A DNA stretch of 64,000 nucleotides from Gammaproteobacteria bacterium (GTDB lineage: Bacteria; Pseudomonadota; Gammaproteobacteria; GCA-001735895): contig JAAENK010000324.1 in the NCBI GenBank assembly GCA_024224415.1, positions 1,564-65,563 on the forward strand, in the 5' to 3' direction. The stretch's first letter is position 1. The number at the start of each line of letters is the position of its first letter. The notes beneath the pieces were generated by a model, which was not told the origin of the DNA, searched no databases, and saw nothing but the letters and a program-made list of their open reading frames with translations. Of the stretch, positions 9,876 through 20,023 are shown piece by piece. The translations under genes were made by a program, and so were the position numbers.

Positions 9876-10754
9876 GTGGCCACGATAATTGATGGTAAAG
9901 CCTTTTCGGCGAATCTGCGTGCTGAAATCGCACGCAAAGTTGAAATAGTAAAAAAGAATCACGATTTAACACCGGGACTTGCGGTGGTGCTAGTTGGTGA
10001 AGACCCGGCCAGCCAGGTTTATGTGCGCAGTAAAGGTAAACAGACCGCCGAAGCCGGTATGAATTCTTACGAGCATAAACTCGATGTAGAGACCAGCCAG
10101 GCCGATTTGCTGGCACTCATCGATCAGCTCAATAACGACCCGGATGTGCACGGCATTCTGGTGCAGCTACCTTTACCGAAGCATATCGACGAAGAGTCGG
10201 TGATCAATTCTATCAGGGTCGAGAAAGATGTCGATGGGTTCCACCTTTCCAATGTCGGCAAGCTATCGATTGGTGCCGATGGTATTGTACCTTGCACGCC
10301 TCTCGGCTCGATGATGATGCTGAAAGATCAACTTGGTTCTTTATCTGGTAAAAGAGCCATTGTTATCGGGCGATCAAATATAGTGGGTAAACCCATGGCG
10401 GCTTTATTATTGGCTGAAAGTTGTACAGTAACGATAGCTCATTCCCGCACTGAAGATTTACCCGGTGAATGTCGACGAGCTGATATCGTCGTCGCCGCAG
10501 TCGGTCGTCCAGAAATGGTGAAGGGCGACTGGATCAAACCAGGTGCGACGGTAATTGATGTCGGTATCAACCGCATCGAAAAAGAGGATGGTGGTACCAG
10601 ACTGGTTGGTGATGTCGAATTCGAAAGTGCTGTGGCAGTGGCGGGCGCGATAACACCGGTTCCCGGTGGTGTTGGACCGATGACGATAGCCTGTTTGTTG
10701 CATAATACCCTGCAGCAGGCCTGCCGTTTGAATGGTGTTGATGTACCGGAATAA
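9876..10754 (+). CDS. folD: Bifunctional 5,10-methylene-THF dehydrogenase/5,10-methenyl-THF cyclohydrolase
   Basis: Full-length FolD with characteristic N-terminus ([19 protein letters not shown]), ...VYVRSKGK..., [23 protein letters not shown]. Confidence 0.9.
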   Translation: MATIIDGKAFSANLRAEIARKVEIVKKNHDLTPGLAVVLVGEDPASQVYVRSKGKQTAEAGMNSYEHKLDVETSQADLLALIDQLNNDPDVHGILVQLPLPKHIDEESVINSIRVEKDVDGFHLSNVGKLSIGADGIVPCTPLGSMMMLKDQLGSLSGKRAIVIGRSNIVGKPMAALLLAESCTVTIAHSRTEDLPGECRRADIVVAAVGRPEMVKGDWIKPGATVIDVGINRIEKEDGGTRLVGDVEFESAVAVAGAITPVPGGVGPMTIACLLHNTLQQACRLNGVDVPE

Positions 10755-10765
10755 GCCGAGTTTTT

Positions 10766-11236
10766 ATGCCACTCATATTACGACGTAGTCTGATATTTAT
10801 CGCCCTTTTACTGGGTGGGTTGGTGCTGTACTCATTGTGGTTTGGTATGAAAGCAGACCGTTTCGACGATACTGCTATCCCGTACCTGGAGTTATCGATT
10901 CCAAAATTAGCCAGTTGGCAGTATGAGCAGTTAAAGCCATTATTATCTCCTGCTGCAAAGTCAGACTTTAATAGTGAAAAGATGCAGGAGGCATATCAAT
11001 TGTTCAGCCGGCTTGGTCGATTCGAATCGATGGAAAGGCCTCGCTACTCAAAGAATCATAGTGATACCAGCAAGGAATTGGGGGATGTCGAGGTTGTCGA
11101 TTATCAGGTGCCATTACAGTTTGAGACTGGTCCGGCGATTATCAAAGTCAAACTGATAGCGGATGGCAAGTCTTATTATATCCATCATTTTGGTATTCAT
11201 TCGGAAATCTTCTCCGAGAATAGCCAGGTAGACTGA
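10766..11236 (+). CDS. Hypothetical protein with N-terminal membrane anchor (156 aa)
   Basis: Signal-anchor LIFIALLLGGLVLYSLWF; no family recognised. Confidence 0.35.
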   Translation: MPLILRRSLIFIALLLGGLVLYSLWFGMKADRFDDTAIPYLELSIPKLASWQYEQLKPLLSPAAKSDFNSEKMQEAYQLFSRLGRFESMERPRYSKNHSDTSKELGDVEVVDYQVPLQFETGPAIIKVKLIADGKSYYIHHFGIHSEIFSENSQVD

Positions 11237-11727
11237 CCAGCCTGTTTGAGAACATACGATGGGTACCCCTACAGGTTTCTAACTTAACTTTCGGCCTGCA
11301 AATAACTTCCCAGCAAAAAATCCGCCCCACTTTTCCGGGTGTTGCAGTGAGGGCACAGTCCGATCATGGTCACTATGAATCCATCATCCTGCCAATGGTT
11401 AGCTGATGTCGTGGAAAATAACTCCTAAGGGAGTTGTCCAGCTCTTGGGAGTCATGATATGTCGTTGATTAACTGGGTAAAAACCTGGCTGATTCATTAA
11501 CCGATAGCAGATATCTCTACGTATGACCATACAGTTACTAAATGTAAGGCTTTACCCCCTTGGTGGTACACCTCAGTAGTAATTGACGATTTATAGGTGG
11601 CGGGGAAAAATGCAGGTCTGAAAATCTGGTTTTCAGAATAATAATTATTATTTTGTATCGAGCCGAATAGTCGTGGTTTAGTGGATATTCGGTATAACTT
11701 AAAAATATATGTTGGAGGATTCAAATT

Positions 11728-12996
11728 ATGGGAATTACGCGAAGAGATATTCTGCGCGCCACGGCCGCAGGTGCTGTGGTGGCTGGAACTTCAAGTTTAC
11801 CAACCGGTTTATTCGCCGCTAGTAACAAAACAGTCAAAATCGGCATGAATATTCCAATGACGGGTGACTACGCACCCTGGGGATTACCTGGGTTATATGG
11901 TTGTGAAATCATTGCAAAGGATATCAACGGCGCCGGTGGTGTTGAAATTGGCGGTGAGAAGTACAATATCGAAATGGTCGCCTATGACCATGCCTACGAC
12001 ACTGAGAAAGCGGTCCAGGGTTACAAGAAACTGGTGCTGGAAGACGATGTCAAAATGGTCATGATGTTAGGTGGTTCAACAGTTGCATCCGTCCTGCCAT
12101 GGGCACAGCGTAAAAAGATGCTCACTACCACTTTGCTGCCTAGCGATATTACACCAAAATCTGAATATCTGATCGCTACCTGTGAATCGCATCCGTTGTA
12201 TAACGTTACCGGTGTCGAATGGTTAGCTAAAAACTTCCCTGAAGCAAAAACAGCGGCAATTGTTACTAACAATGATGCAGAATATGGTTTGCAGTCGGCA
12301 GCAACCTACAAGGCTGCCTTCGAAGTAGAAGGTATCGATGTCGTAGATGTCAACCTGCATGGTTTTGATATTACTGATTTCGCACCGATTGTGAGCTCTG
12401 TATTAGCCAAGAAACCGGACATATTCTGTATGGCGACCAGTTTCTATGTCACGCCTTTAATGGAACAGTTATATCATCAGGGTTTCAAAGGTAAAATCAT
12501 TTCCTGCACGCTGGATTATTACGATGAAATCATTGCCAAGACCAGTAAAGAGTTTGTGAACGGCACAATATTCCAGTTTCCAGATTTTGATGATCCGGCA
12601 CTGAACGACAAAGGTGTCAATTTTCCTGATCCTGGAGGATTCGACGCCAAGTTCCGCAAGGATCATCCTAACGATTGGTCGGCTGTGTCCTGGGAATACC
12701 CTGCCATTTTGCTAAACTGGATTGAAGGTGCAAAAGCGGCCGGCAGTGTTGAGCCAACTGATGTTTTGAAGTCGCTCAAGTACACCATAAATCCTGCCTT
12801 CGTATTCGGTGGTGGAAAATGGTGGGGCAGTCAGTTGTGGGGACGGGATAATTCGGTGGTTGGTCGTTGGCCTGTGGTCGTTGTCGAAAATGGCAAGGCC
12901 CGTATCCAGGAGTACAGAAGTGTTTCAGACTGGCTAGCGAAAAACAAGGATGTGCTCATTAAGCACATGAAAGAACTTGGTCTGCGTACCGTTTAA
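11728..12996 (+). CDS. ABC transporter periplasmic substrate-binding protein (HAAT family, Liv/Urt-like) with Tat-type signal
   Basis: MGITRRDILRATAAGAVVAGT twin-arginine leader; type-I PBP fold; followed by livHMGF-like genes. Confidence 0.7.
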   Translation: MGITRRDILRATAAGAVVAGTSSLPTGLFAASNKTVKIGMNIPMTGDYAPWGLPGLYGCEIIAKDINGAGGVEIGGEKYNIEMVAYDHAYDTEKAVQGYKKLVLEDDVKMVMMLGGSTVASVLPWAQRKKMLTTTLLPSDITPKSEYLIATCESHPLYNVTGVEWLAKNFPEAKTAAIVTNNDAEYGLQSAATYKAAFEVEGIDVVDVNLHGFDITDFAPIVSSVLAKKPDIFCMATSFYVTPLMEQLYHQGFKGKIISCTLDYYDEIIAKTSKEFVNGTIFQFPDFDDPALNDKGVNFPDPGGFDAKFRKDHPNDWSAVSWEYPAILLNWIEGAKAAGSVEPTDVLKSLKYTINPAFVFGGGKWWGSQLWGRDNSVVGRWPVVVVENGKARIQEYRSVSDWLAKNKDVLIKHMKELGLRTV

Positions 12997-13035
12997 ACGG
13001 GTTTATCTGCTATCTCCTTAACTTTGTTGAATCAC

Positions 13036-13071
13036 GGGAGGGGTTATTTCCTCTCCCTGATTCAGCTTTTT
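13036..13071 (+). terminator. Probable intrinsic terminator/attenuator after the binding-protein gene
   Basis: GGGAGGGGttatttCCTCTCCC imperfect stem followed by tgattcagcTTTTT. Confidence 0.4.
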
Positions 13072-13143
13072 CGGGATAGCAGGTGTAATCGGTCTATTCT
13101 TCACATGGCTTATCTTTATACCAATTAGCATTAGGGTGCTTTC

Positions 13144-14013
13144 GTGGAGCTAATTCTCCAATCCATCGTTAACGGTCTCATTCAGGGTGGATTTTTCGCG
13201 CTGTTTGCTGTGGGTCTGGTGCTGATATTCGGCGTCATGAGTGTTGTTAATTTCGCTCACGGCGAGCTGGTTATGATCGGCGCTTATACGATATGGTTAC
13301 TTCATGCGCAAAATGGACTGGCTTTCATCCCGGCGATTGGTGTTGCCATCATCGTCGTGACGATTATCGGTCTGTTGATGGAGCGATTCTTATTCCGACC
13401 CACCCGTGATGATCCGCTGGCAGGTCTAATCTGCTCGATTGGCGTGCTGTTTATCCTGCAGGTTGTGGCGACTCTGATTGGTGGTGATGGTCCCTCGAAA
13501 CAGGTGCCGCCACCGTTTCACGGTACAATGGTTGTGTTTGATTCACTCCGTATTCCCTATCAACGTATATTTAGCCTGGTGGTATCTATTGTTGCGTTGT
13601 CGACGTTGTGGTATTTCCTCACGCGCACCAAACTGGGCTGGGCATTAAGAGCGGTGGCGCTGGATAGAGAGGCCGCAGCCTTGCAGGGGATTAATATCAA
13701 TCGGATTTCTATGATTGCGATAGGTGTCGGTGGGGCGCTGGCCGGGCTCGCCGGTGCACTAATGGCGCCACTTACCAATATCAACCCGCATATGGGGCAC
13801 AATGTCATTATTACTGCGTTTATCGTCACTATTGTGGGTGGCGTGGGCAGTCTGTCAGGTGCTGTTATTGCTGCGGTTTTGTACGCCTTATTCCATACTT
13901 TTGTTACAGTGTATTTCGGTGGAACCCTGGCCACAATCTGTGGATTGATACTCATGGTGGTGGTGCTGATTGTTAAACCCACCGGTATCATGGGCGTGAG
14001 AGTGAGTGAGTAG
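13144..14013 (+). CDS. Branched-chain amino acid-type ABC permease (LivH-like)
   Basis: 289 aa polytopic membrane protein, HAAT permease pattern. Confidence 0.75.
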   Translation: MELILQSIVNGLIQGGFFALFAVGLVLIFGVMSVVNFAHGELVMIGAYTIWLLHAQNGLAFIPAIGVAIIVVTIIGLLMERFLFRPTRDDPLAGLICSIGVLFILQVVATLIGGDGPSKQVPPPFHGTMVVFDSLRIPYQRIFSLVVSIVALSTLWYFLTRTKLGWALRAVALDREAAALQGININRISMIAIGVGGALAGLAGALMAPLTNINPHMGHNVIITAFIVTIVGGVGSLSGAVIAAVLYALFHTFVTVYFGGTLATICGLILMVVVLIVKPTGIMGVRVSE

Positions 14014-14992
14014 CGAGATGAATTCGAGGCTGAAAAAAATTATCGGTAGCCTTGTCTTGTTGGCCACGCTAGTCGCGATACCTCATTTTTTAAAATTCCA
14101 CCATCAGGATTTGCTGATATTTCTAACCATTAATGTATTGGTGGTAGCGAGTTATAGAATTGTCACTTTAACCGGTGAATGGTCGTTGATACATGCAGTG
14201 ATGATGGGTGTTGGTGGATATACAGCAACCCTGCTATTTAAAAACTTTGACCTGGGGATGTGGTTTACCCTGCCATTGGCCGGTGGCGTCTCGGCACTGA
14301 TAGCCGCGCTATTGTGCTTCCCTTTATTCCGTATGACGCAGTTTTATTTTCTAATCGGATCTTTTGCTGCTGGCGAAGCCATTCGTCTGGTGTGGATCCA
14401 ATATGTCAACCCGTTTGGTGGAACCGGTGGGTTGAGCGGTGTTGAACCACCAATCATCGGCGGCATCGATTTTCTTGATGCGATACCTTACTACTATCTG
14501 GCGCTTACTGTGGTCGGGTTTTGTTTATTTATTCTTTACCGCATCGAAAACTCGAGAATTGGTTTAACGCTACATGCTGTGCACTGGAAGGCGCCGCTGG
14601 CCGAATCGGTCGGTGTCGATACATGGCGCTATCGGGCACTGGCCTTCGTGATTGGGTCATTTTTTGTCGGTATCGCCGGTGCCCTGAAGGTTCATTACCT
14701 GGGCACGATTACGCCTAATCAATTTGGTATTGGATTTATGGTTTTTATTTTGATCTGGGTCATTGTTGGTGGTTATAACAGATTTTATGGTCCCATTATC
14801 GGGGTTGTTGTGTTGACTGTTTTTGACGAATCGATTAGAAGTTTTGCGGAAATACGTCCTGCTATTTATGGCGCGGTATTGATCATTTCTATCTTGTTTT
14901 TGCCGAAGGGGCTGGAAAGTATTCCAGCGAAATTCAAGGCATGGTTTGGAATCGGTTCCAATTCGGACGCACCACCTCTAGCCGACAAATAG
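14006..14992 (+). CDS. Branched-chain amino acid-type ABC permease (LivM-like)
   Basis: 328 aa polytopic; overlaps previous gene by 8 nt. Confidence 0.75.
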   Translation: MSSEMNSRLKKIIGSLVLLATLVAIPHFLKFHHQDLLIFLTINVLVVASYRIVTLTGEWSLIHAVMMGVGGYTATLLFKNFDLGMWFTLPLAGGVSALIAALLCFPLFRMTQFYFLIGSFAAGEAIRLVWIQYVNPFGGTGGLSGVEPPIIGGIDFLDAIPYYYLALTVVGFCLFILYRIENSRIGLTLHAVHWKAPLAESVGVDTWRYRALAFVIGSFFVGIAGALKVHYLGTITPNQFGIGFMVFILIWVIVGGYNRFYGPIIGVVVLTVFDESIRSFAEIRPAIYGAVLIISILFLPKGLESIPAKFKAWFGIGSNSDAPPLADK

Positions 14993-15010
14993 AATCGCAG
15001 CGAGAATCTA

Positions 15011-15766
15011 GTGGCCGTACTTGAAATAAAAAATGTAACCAAACAGTTCGGTGGTTTAATCGCGCTGAATGATGTCAGTTTCAGCGTGGAAGAAGGAGAA
15101 ATTCGTGGCCTGATTGGTCCCAATGGTGCAGGCAAGAGCACCATGTTTAAAAATATTGCCGGCTTCTATACCCCGACTGATGGCAGCGTCATCTACCGTG
15201 GGCAGAACATAGCAGGTAAGTCGCCGCATGCGATTGCAGAAATGGGTATCGTACGCACCTTTCAGGAAACCACTTTATTTCAGGAATTAACCGTATTCGA
15301 AAATGCCCTGGTGGGTAGTCATATAACTGCTAAAACCGATCTGTTTTCTGCGATTCTGGGCCTTGACAAGGCGAAGCAGACCGCGGCAAACGAAAAGGTC
15401 ATGGAAGTACTCGATTTCATGGGCCTGAGTGACCGCAAAGACCAGTTGGCCTCCGAGTTGCCTCTGGGATCGCAGCGAGCATTGGCGATATCGATTGCAC
15501 TGGTCTCAGAACCCAGGCTCATGTTGATGGACGAACCGTTTGCCGGTATGAACCCGGAAGAAACCAATCACATGATGGATCTGACATGCAAGGTCCGGGA
15601 ATCGGGTATTACCATCATCCTTGTTGAACATGATATGAAGGCAGTCATGGGCTTGTGCCATTACCTTACCGTGTTGAACTTCGGACAGTTGCTGGCAGAA
15701 GGTACACCCGAAGAAATTCGAAATAATGAGCGGGTGATTGAAGCCTACCTGGGCGGAGCGAATTAG
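15011..15766 (+). CDS. ABC transporter ATP-binding protein (LivG-like)
   Basis: Walker [10 protein letters not shown], signature and Walker B LLMDEP. Confidence 0.8.
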   Translation: MAVLEIKNVTKQFGGLIALNDVSFSVEEGEIRGLIGPNGAGKSTMFKNIAGFYTPTDGSVIYRGQNIAGKSPHAIAEMGIVRTFQETTLFQELTVFENALVGSHITAKTDLFSAILGLDKAKQTAANEKVMEVLDFMGLSDRKDQLASELPLGSQRALAISIALVSEPRLMLMDEPFAGMNPEETNHMMDLTCKVRESGITIILVEHDMKAVMGLCHYLTVLNFGQLLAEGTPEEIRNNERVIEAYLGGAN

Positions 15767-16475
15767 CATGCTGTTAGAAGTGAGCAACATACATGTTCAT
15801 TATGGCCATGTCGCTGCATTAAAGGGCATTTCTCTCGCCGTGGAAGAAGGTGATTTTGTTACCTTGATTGGATCGAATGGTGCGGGTAAGAGCACTACCT
15901 TGCGCACTATATCCGGCCTCGACCATCCAAGCGCCGGCGAGATTACATTTAACGGCGAACGTATCGAAAAATTATCTGCGGACAAGATTGTTAAAATGGG
16001 GATTGCCCATGTCCCGGAAGGGCGACGCGTATTTAAAGACTTAACCGTTTCCGAAAACTTGCTGCTCGGCGCCTTTACCAGGGATGACAAGGCTGGTATC
16101 GAAAAGGACATGGGAAAAGTGTTTAAGCATTTTCCGCGTTTACTCGAACGCAGAAATCAATCGGCCCGAACTATGAGTGGCGGTGAACAGCAAATGGTAG
16201 CGATCGGCCGAGCCTTGATGTCGAAGCCGAAATTATTATTGCTGGATGAACCATCTTTAGGTCTGGCACCGGTCATCGTTCAGGAGATAGCAAAAATCCT
16301 GGGCGAAATAAACCGACAGGGTGTATCCATCGTCCTGGTAGAGCAAAATGCCGAGCTGGCACTGGAGCTGGCACGACACGGTTACGTTCTGGAAACAGGG
16401 ACGGTGGCGCTGGAAGGCGAGGCCAGTGGTTTAATGGACAATGACCATGTGCGTAAAGCTTATCTTGGGATATAG
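15738..16475 (+). CDS. ABC transporter ATP-binding protein (LivF-like)
   Basis: Walker A GSNGAGKST, LSGGEQQM signature, LLLDEPS. Confidence 0.8.
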   Translation: MKPTWAERISMLLEVSNIHVHYGHVAALKGISLAVEEGDFVTLIGSNGAGKSTTLRTISGLDHPSAGEITFNGERIEKLSADKIVKMGIAHVPEGRRVFKDLTVSENLLLGAFTRDDKAGIEKDMGKVFKHFPRLLERRNQSARTMSGGEQQMVAIGRALMSKPKLLLLDEPSLGLAPVIVQEIAKILGEINRQGVSIVLVEQNAELALELARHGYVLETGTVALEGEASGLMDNDHVRKAYLGI

Positions 16476-16486
16476 TTCCTACCTGG

Positions 16487-17872
16487 TTAACCGGTAAGAT
16501 GTTGGCTAATGCTTTGATAATTAATTCTTGAGTCGAATAACTCATAACGGCCACCACCCAGCGCCTGTGCCCGATTGGTTGCCTGACTTGCATCTCGTAT
16601 CAACTCTTCTGCATTTTGATGCGGGTCATCACAAACCACAATGCCAATACTCGTGGTGACATACATTTTTGATTTACCGACCGTGATCGGTATGAGAAAA
16701 AGATCCTGAATTTGTTGTGCAAGCTCGGAAATGGAGAGTCTGGTAATTTGATTTTCAAACAGTAACCCCCAATCCTGATTTTCCAGATGGGTGATGCTAT
16801 CGAGTGGATCAAGCAGTGACTCCAGACGTTGCGCTACCTCACGTTCGACGCAATCTATCGAGTCGCTGTCGAGTTGGTCAAGAGCCTTCAATAGCCGGTC
16901 AAGATGAACCAGTATGAGTAAAGGCGTACATTCAGTGTCAGCCAGGCGTTTGAGCACAGTCCTGATCCGATCCAGAAATAATGGGGGAGTAGGCAGGCCT
17001 GTTATTTCATCGTATAGAGTATGTTTCTGACGTTTTCGATCTGAATTGCTTTGACGAGTAATATCGATAATGAAACCTTCTAATCCCAGCCATTCATTGT
17101 TACTGGAAAAGATAGCCTTGCCCCGTTCCCATACATATTTTTCCTTGTTGTTCACGTCAAAAATACGATACACCTTTTCAAAGCGCCGATTTTCCCGAAT
17201 GGCATTTTGTACCTCATCCCAGACTTCCTGACTGTCATCCGGGTGTATCATGGATCCATAAGACAGACGTTTGCTATTGACTATATCTTCGGGATGGTAG
17301 CCCGTGAGCTGATAGCTACTACCACTTACATATTCCATCGTCCAGTCCGGATTATTTCGGCAACGATATACCATCCCAGGCAGATCATTGAGCAATGCAG
17401 TAAGGGTGCGTTGATTGGCGAGTAACAATTCTTCTTCGCTAACACGGTCAGAAATATTATTGATGGTGCCAACAATACCTATAATTTGACCATCATGGGA
17501 CAGAGCAGTTGATGCGTGAATCTCAGCCCATAGATAATTCCCATTAGAGATCAGAAAGCGAAAGGCTTCGGTACAGTGTTCGATATCGCCGTGTTGAATT
17601 TTTGTAAAAGTGGCCTTGCAACGACTGCGATCCTGGGGGTGTATGTAGTCCATATAACTAGTGCCAATGCACTGATCGACATCAAACCCGGAAAGTTGAG
17701 ACCAACTCTGATTGATAAATAACCAGTTCCCATCAAGGTCGATTTTAAAAACAACCTGGGGTAAATCCTGAATAAGATCCTCGTAGCTGCTTTCCAGATT
17801 TGGTGTTAATACTTCGACAGGAGAAGAATCCCTGGTGGCTTTGTTTTTTTTTGAGTAAGTACGCAGTTTCAT
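16487..17872 (-). CDS. PAS-domain signalling protein with degenerate GGDEF domain
   Basis: Two PAS-like segments; C-terminal GGDEF-like fold (YDEITGLPT...) in which the GG(D/E)EF position reads ENQDW. Confidence 0.55.
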   Translation of the reverse strand: MKLRTYSKKNKATRDSSPVEVLTPNLESSYEDLIQDLPQVVFKIDLDGNWLFINQSWSQLSGFDVDQCIGTSYMDYIHPQDRSRCKATFTKIQHGDIEHCTEAFRFLISNGNYLWAEIHASTALSHDGQIIGIVGTINNISDRVSEEELLLANQRTLTALLNDLPGMVYRCRNNPDWTMEYVSGSSYQLTGYHPEDIVNSKRLSYGSMIHPDDSQEVWDEVQNAIRENRRFEKVYRIFDVNNKEKYVWERGKAIFSSNNEWLGLEGFIIDITRQSNSDRKRQKHTLYDEITGLPTPPLFLDRIRTVLKRLADTECTPLLILVHLDRLLKALDQLDSDSIDCVEREVAQRLESLLDPLDSITHLENQDWGLLFENQITRLSISELAQQIQDLFLIPITVGKSKMYVTTSIGIVVCDDPHQNAEELIRDASQATNRAQALGGGRYELFDSRINYQSISQHLTG

Positions 17873-17976
17873 GCCGTTGTGTTTTTAAGCCTGTATGTGG
17901 CCTCATAATCTATATTGTTCGTAAATATAGAAAATTACTATTACTCATCGGGAGTAACTCGAAATACATAGTTCAT

Positions 17977-18660
17977 TTAAGATTCGTTATGACGATGTAA
18001 TCCACCGCCTGGATATCCGTTTTCGAATGCCCATACGGCAGTTTCGAGCCGAGAGCTCAAGTTAAGTTTGCGTAAGATATTTTTCACATGCACTTTTACG
18101 GTGCCATCGCTGATACCTAACTCTCGACCAATGAGTTTATTATTCTTACCCTCGGCTATGAGGGTGATAATTTGTTCTTCGCGGGCGGTAAATTCTATCT
18201 TGTCTGGCGGTGGTGAAATATTGTCATCACGTAATAGATTGGCTAGTTGGGTTGAAATAGTTTCATCAAGAACCGTTTGGCCTTCAACAGCCCGATGTAA
18301 TTTTGCCAGGATATCCTCTGGTTCCATATCTTTTAGCAAGTAACCATCGGCACCGCTGCGAAGTGCAGAGACGATATCAGCCTCAGAATTCGATACGGTT
18401 AGCATAATGATGATTGACTCAAGTTTTTCTGCTTTTAACCTTTTCAATACAGCGATTCCGTCCATACCTTCCATATTGAGATCGAGAAGAACCAGGTCCG
18501 GTTGCAATTGACGTGTTAATTCTATACCACTGGGACCATCGGCGGCATCGGCTATGAGTTCGAAGCTGGTATCAAGCTTAAAAAGTTGCTCCGAACCCTT
18601 GCGAAACAATGGATGGTCGTCAATGACAACTACGGTATAAGGTGGGTCGTGATCAATCAT
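17977..18660 (-). CDS. Response regulator, NarL/FixJ family (REC + LuxR-type HTH)
   Basis: REC domain (VVVIDDHPLFR...LDLNMEGMDG) and C-terminal LuxR HTH (LTAREEQIITLIAEGKNNKLIGRELGISDGTVKVHVKNILRKL). Confidence 0.85.
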   Translation of the reverse strand: MIDHDPPYTVVVIDDHPLFRKGSEQLFKLDTSFELIADAADGPSGIELTRQLQPDLVLLDLNMEGMDGIAVLKRLKAEKLESIIIMLTVSNSEADIVSALRSGADGYLLKDMEPEDILAKLHRAVEGQTVLDETISTQLANLLRDDNISPPPDKIEFTAREEQIITLIAEGKNNKLIGRELGISDGTVKVHVKNILRKLNLSSRLETAVWAFENGYPGGGLHRHNES

Positions 18661-18686
18661 TTTGTCAATACCTTTGCGCTGACGCC

Positions 18687-19844
18687 CTAGTCCCTGTTTG
18701 GAGGCTCGAAGGTGATGGTTAACCTTGTGCCGCCGTCGTTGAGTTGGTCAACGTCAAACTGGCCCCCAAGGTTCTGACTGCGTTCCTGCATAATAACAAG
18801 ACCATGGTGCTGAGCACGTCGTTGAGTTTTATCAATCCCGACACCATCGTCATCGATTGAAATTTTAATCCTGTCATCGGTATCATGACGCAGCGCTACC
18901 CTGGCTCGTTGTGCATGCGAATGTCGGACGATGTTAGATAAAGCTTCGCGCACGATATGTAATATCTGCATCTCTTCGTCTGTCGTCAGTTCATTATTGC
19001 CAAGTCGATAATCGAGATCAAAGGCAATCGTCGTGCGTTTTGCAAACTCTGTAATAGTCTCCTCAATTGCCTGGTTCAGGTTTTCGCCATTCATGGTCAA
19101 ACGAAATGTTGTCATCAACTCGCGTAGTCGACGATAGGCTATATTAAGATTGTGGCGAAGATCCTTTACGACCAATCCAACTTCGGTTTTGTCATCTTGA
19201 CTGGTCGACTGTTCGTGATTCAATATTGACTCTATGCGACTAGCCTGAATCTTCAGATAAGTGAGTGATTGTGCCAGAGAATCATGTAGCTCACGAGAAA
19301 TGCTGGCGCGTTCCTCCTGCAAGACTCGGCGACGATTGATCTGGGCATGGTGCGTAGCACTAAACACCTCGGCAACACCCTGCGCCAGCACGTCAACGAC
19401 CTTTTCCTGAATTTTGTTGGTATCTGCCGTATTTTCACATTTCAGTACCAAAATGGCATACTCATTTGATTTAATTTGGGCTGCTTTAATGAACAGGTTA
19501 GGTAATCTTTCATCACAATACCAAAGTGCCGATTGGGCTGAAGCATCAACGAGAGACTGCGAAAAATTCTGAATTGTAGGTGCGAACGCAGACATATCGC
19601 CGCAATTGGCGATCGGGGTAGCTTTTGGCGAATCGGGGGAGACATGGTATATGGCGCTGGTTTGTATGGGCAGTATGTTTTTTATTCCCTCTAACATCGC
19701 CTGGTGGGGATCAACCTGCCCAGGCCTGGCCAGGATACCCAGTAGCGTGGTGTTGAGTAACTTGTATGCCATACAACAGTCCGCTACAACAGCATCGTCG
19801 TCGCGCACCACTATTGTATCTTCGGCAATATCAAGAGACCGCAT
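18687..19844 (-). CDS. Cytoplasmic sensor histidine kinase, NarX-like HisKA_3/HATPase with N-terminal GAF-like domain
   Basis: H-box RELHDSLAQSLTYLKIQ, ATPase motifs (DDDGVGID, GGQFDV); no TM helices; 26 bp upstream of regulator gene. Confidence 0.75.
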   Translation of the reverse strand: MRSLDIAEDTIVVRDDDAVVADCCMAYKLLNTTLLGILARPGQVDPHQAMLEGIKNILPIQTSAIYHVSPDSPKATPIANCGDMSAFAPTIQNFSQSLVDASAQSALWYCDERLPNLFIKAAQIKSNEYAILVLKCENTADTNKIQEKVVDVLAQGVAEVFSATHHAQINRRRVLQEERASISRELHDSLAQSLTYLKIQASRIESILNHEQSTSQDDKTEVGLVVKDLRHNLNIAYRRLRELMTTFRLTMNGENLNQAIEETITEFAKRTTIAFDLDYRLGNNELTTDEEMQILHIVREALSNIVRHSHAQRARVALRHDTDDRIKISIDDDGVGIDKTQRRAQHHGLVIMQERSQNLGGQFDVDQLNDGGTRLTITFEPPNRD

Positions 19845-20023
19845 TAAACTCCCGTCATGGTGAATTTTGGAATATTGTTAATAGTAAGCAAGCATGACAT
19901 CAAATCAATACTAGTCAAATAATGAATTTGGGGCTTTACTCACAAGGAGGTAATACCGACGAGCAATTGACGATTATGGTGGCAGGTACAAATATTGGCG
20001 CACGCTATCTGTGAGGAAAAATT

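Noticed and set aside
13560-13991. 143-aa ORF antisense to LivH-like permease
   Set aside because: Pro/Thr/Ile-rich mirror of a membrane protein gene; spurious.
16476-16486. Near-palindrome TACCTGGTTAACCGGTA at the convergent livF-like / PAS-GGDEF junction as a bidirectional terminator
   Set aside because: The arms are not truly complementary beyond the GGTTAACC core and there is no T-tract. Likely incidental.
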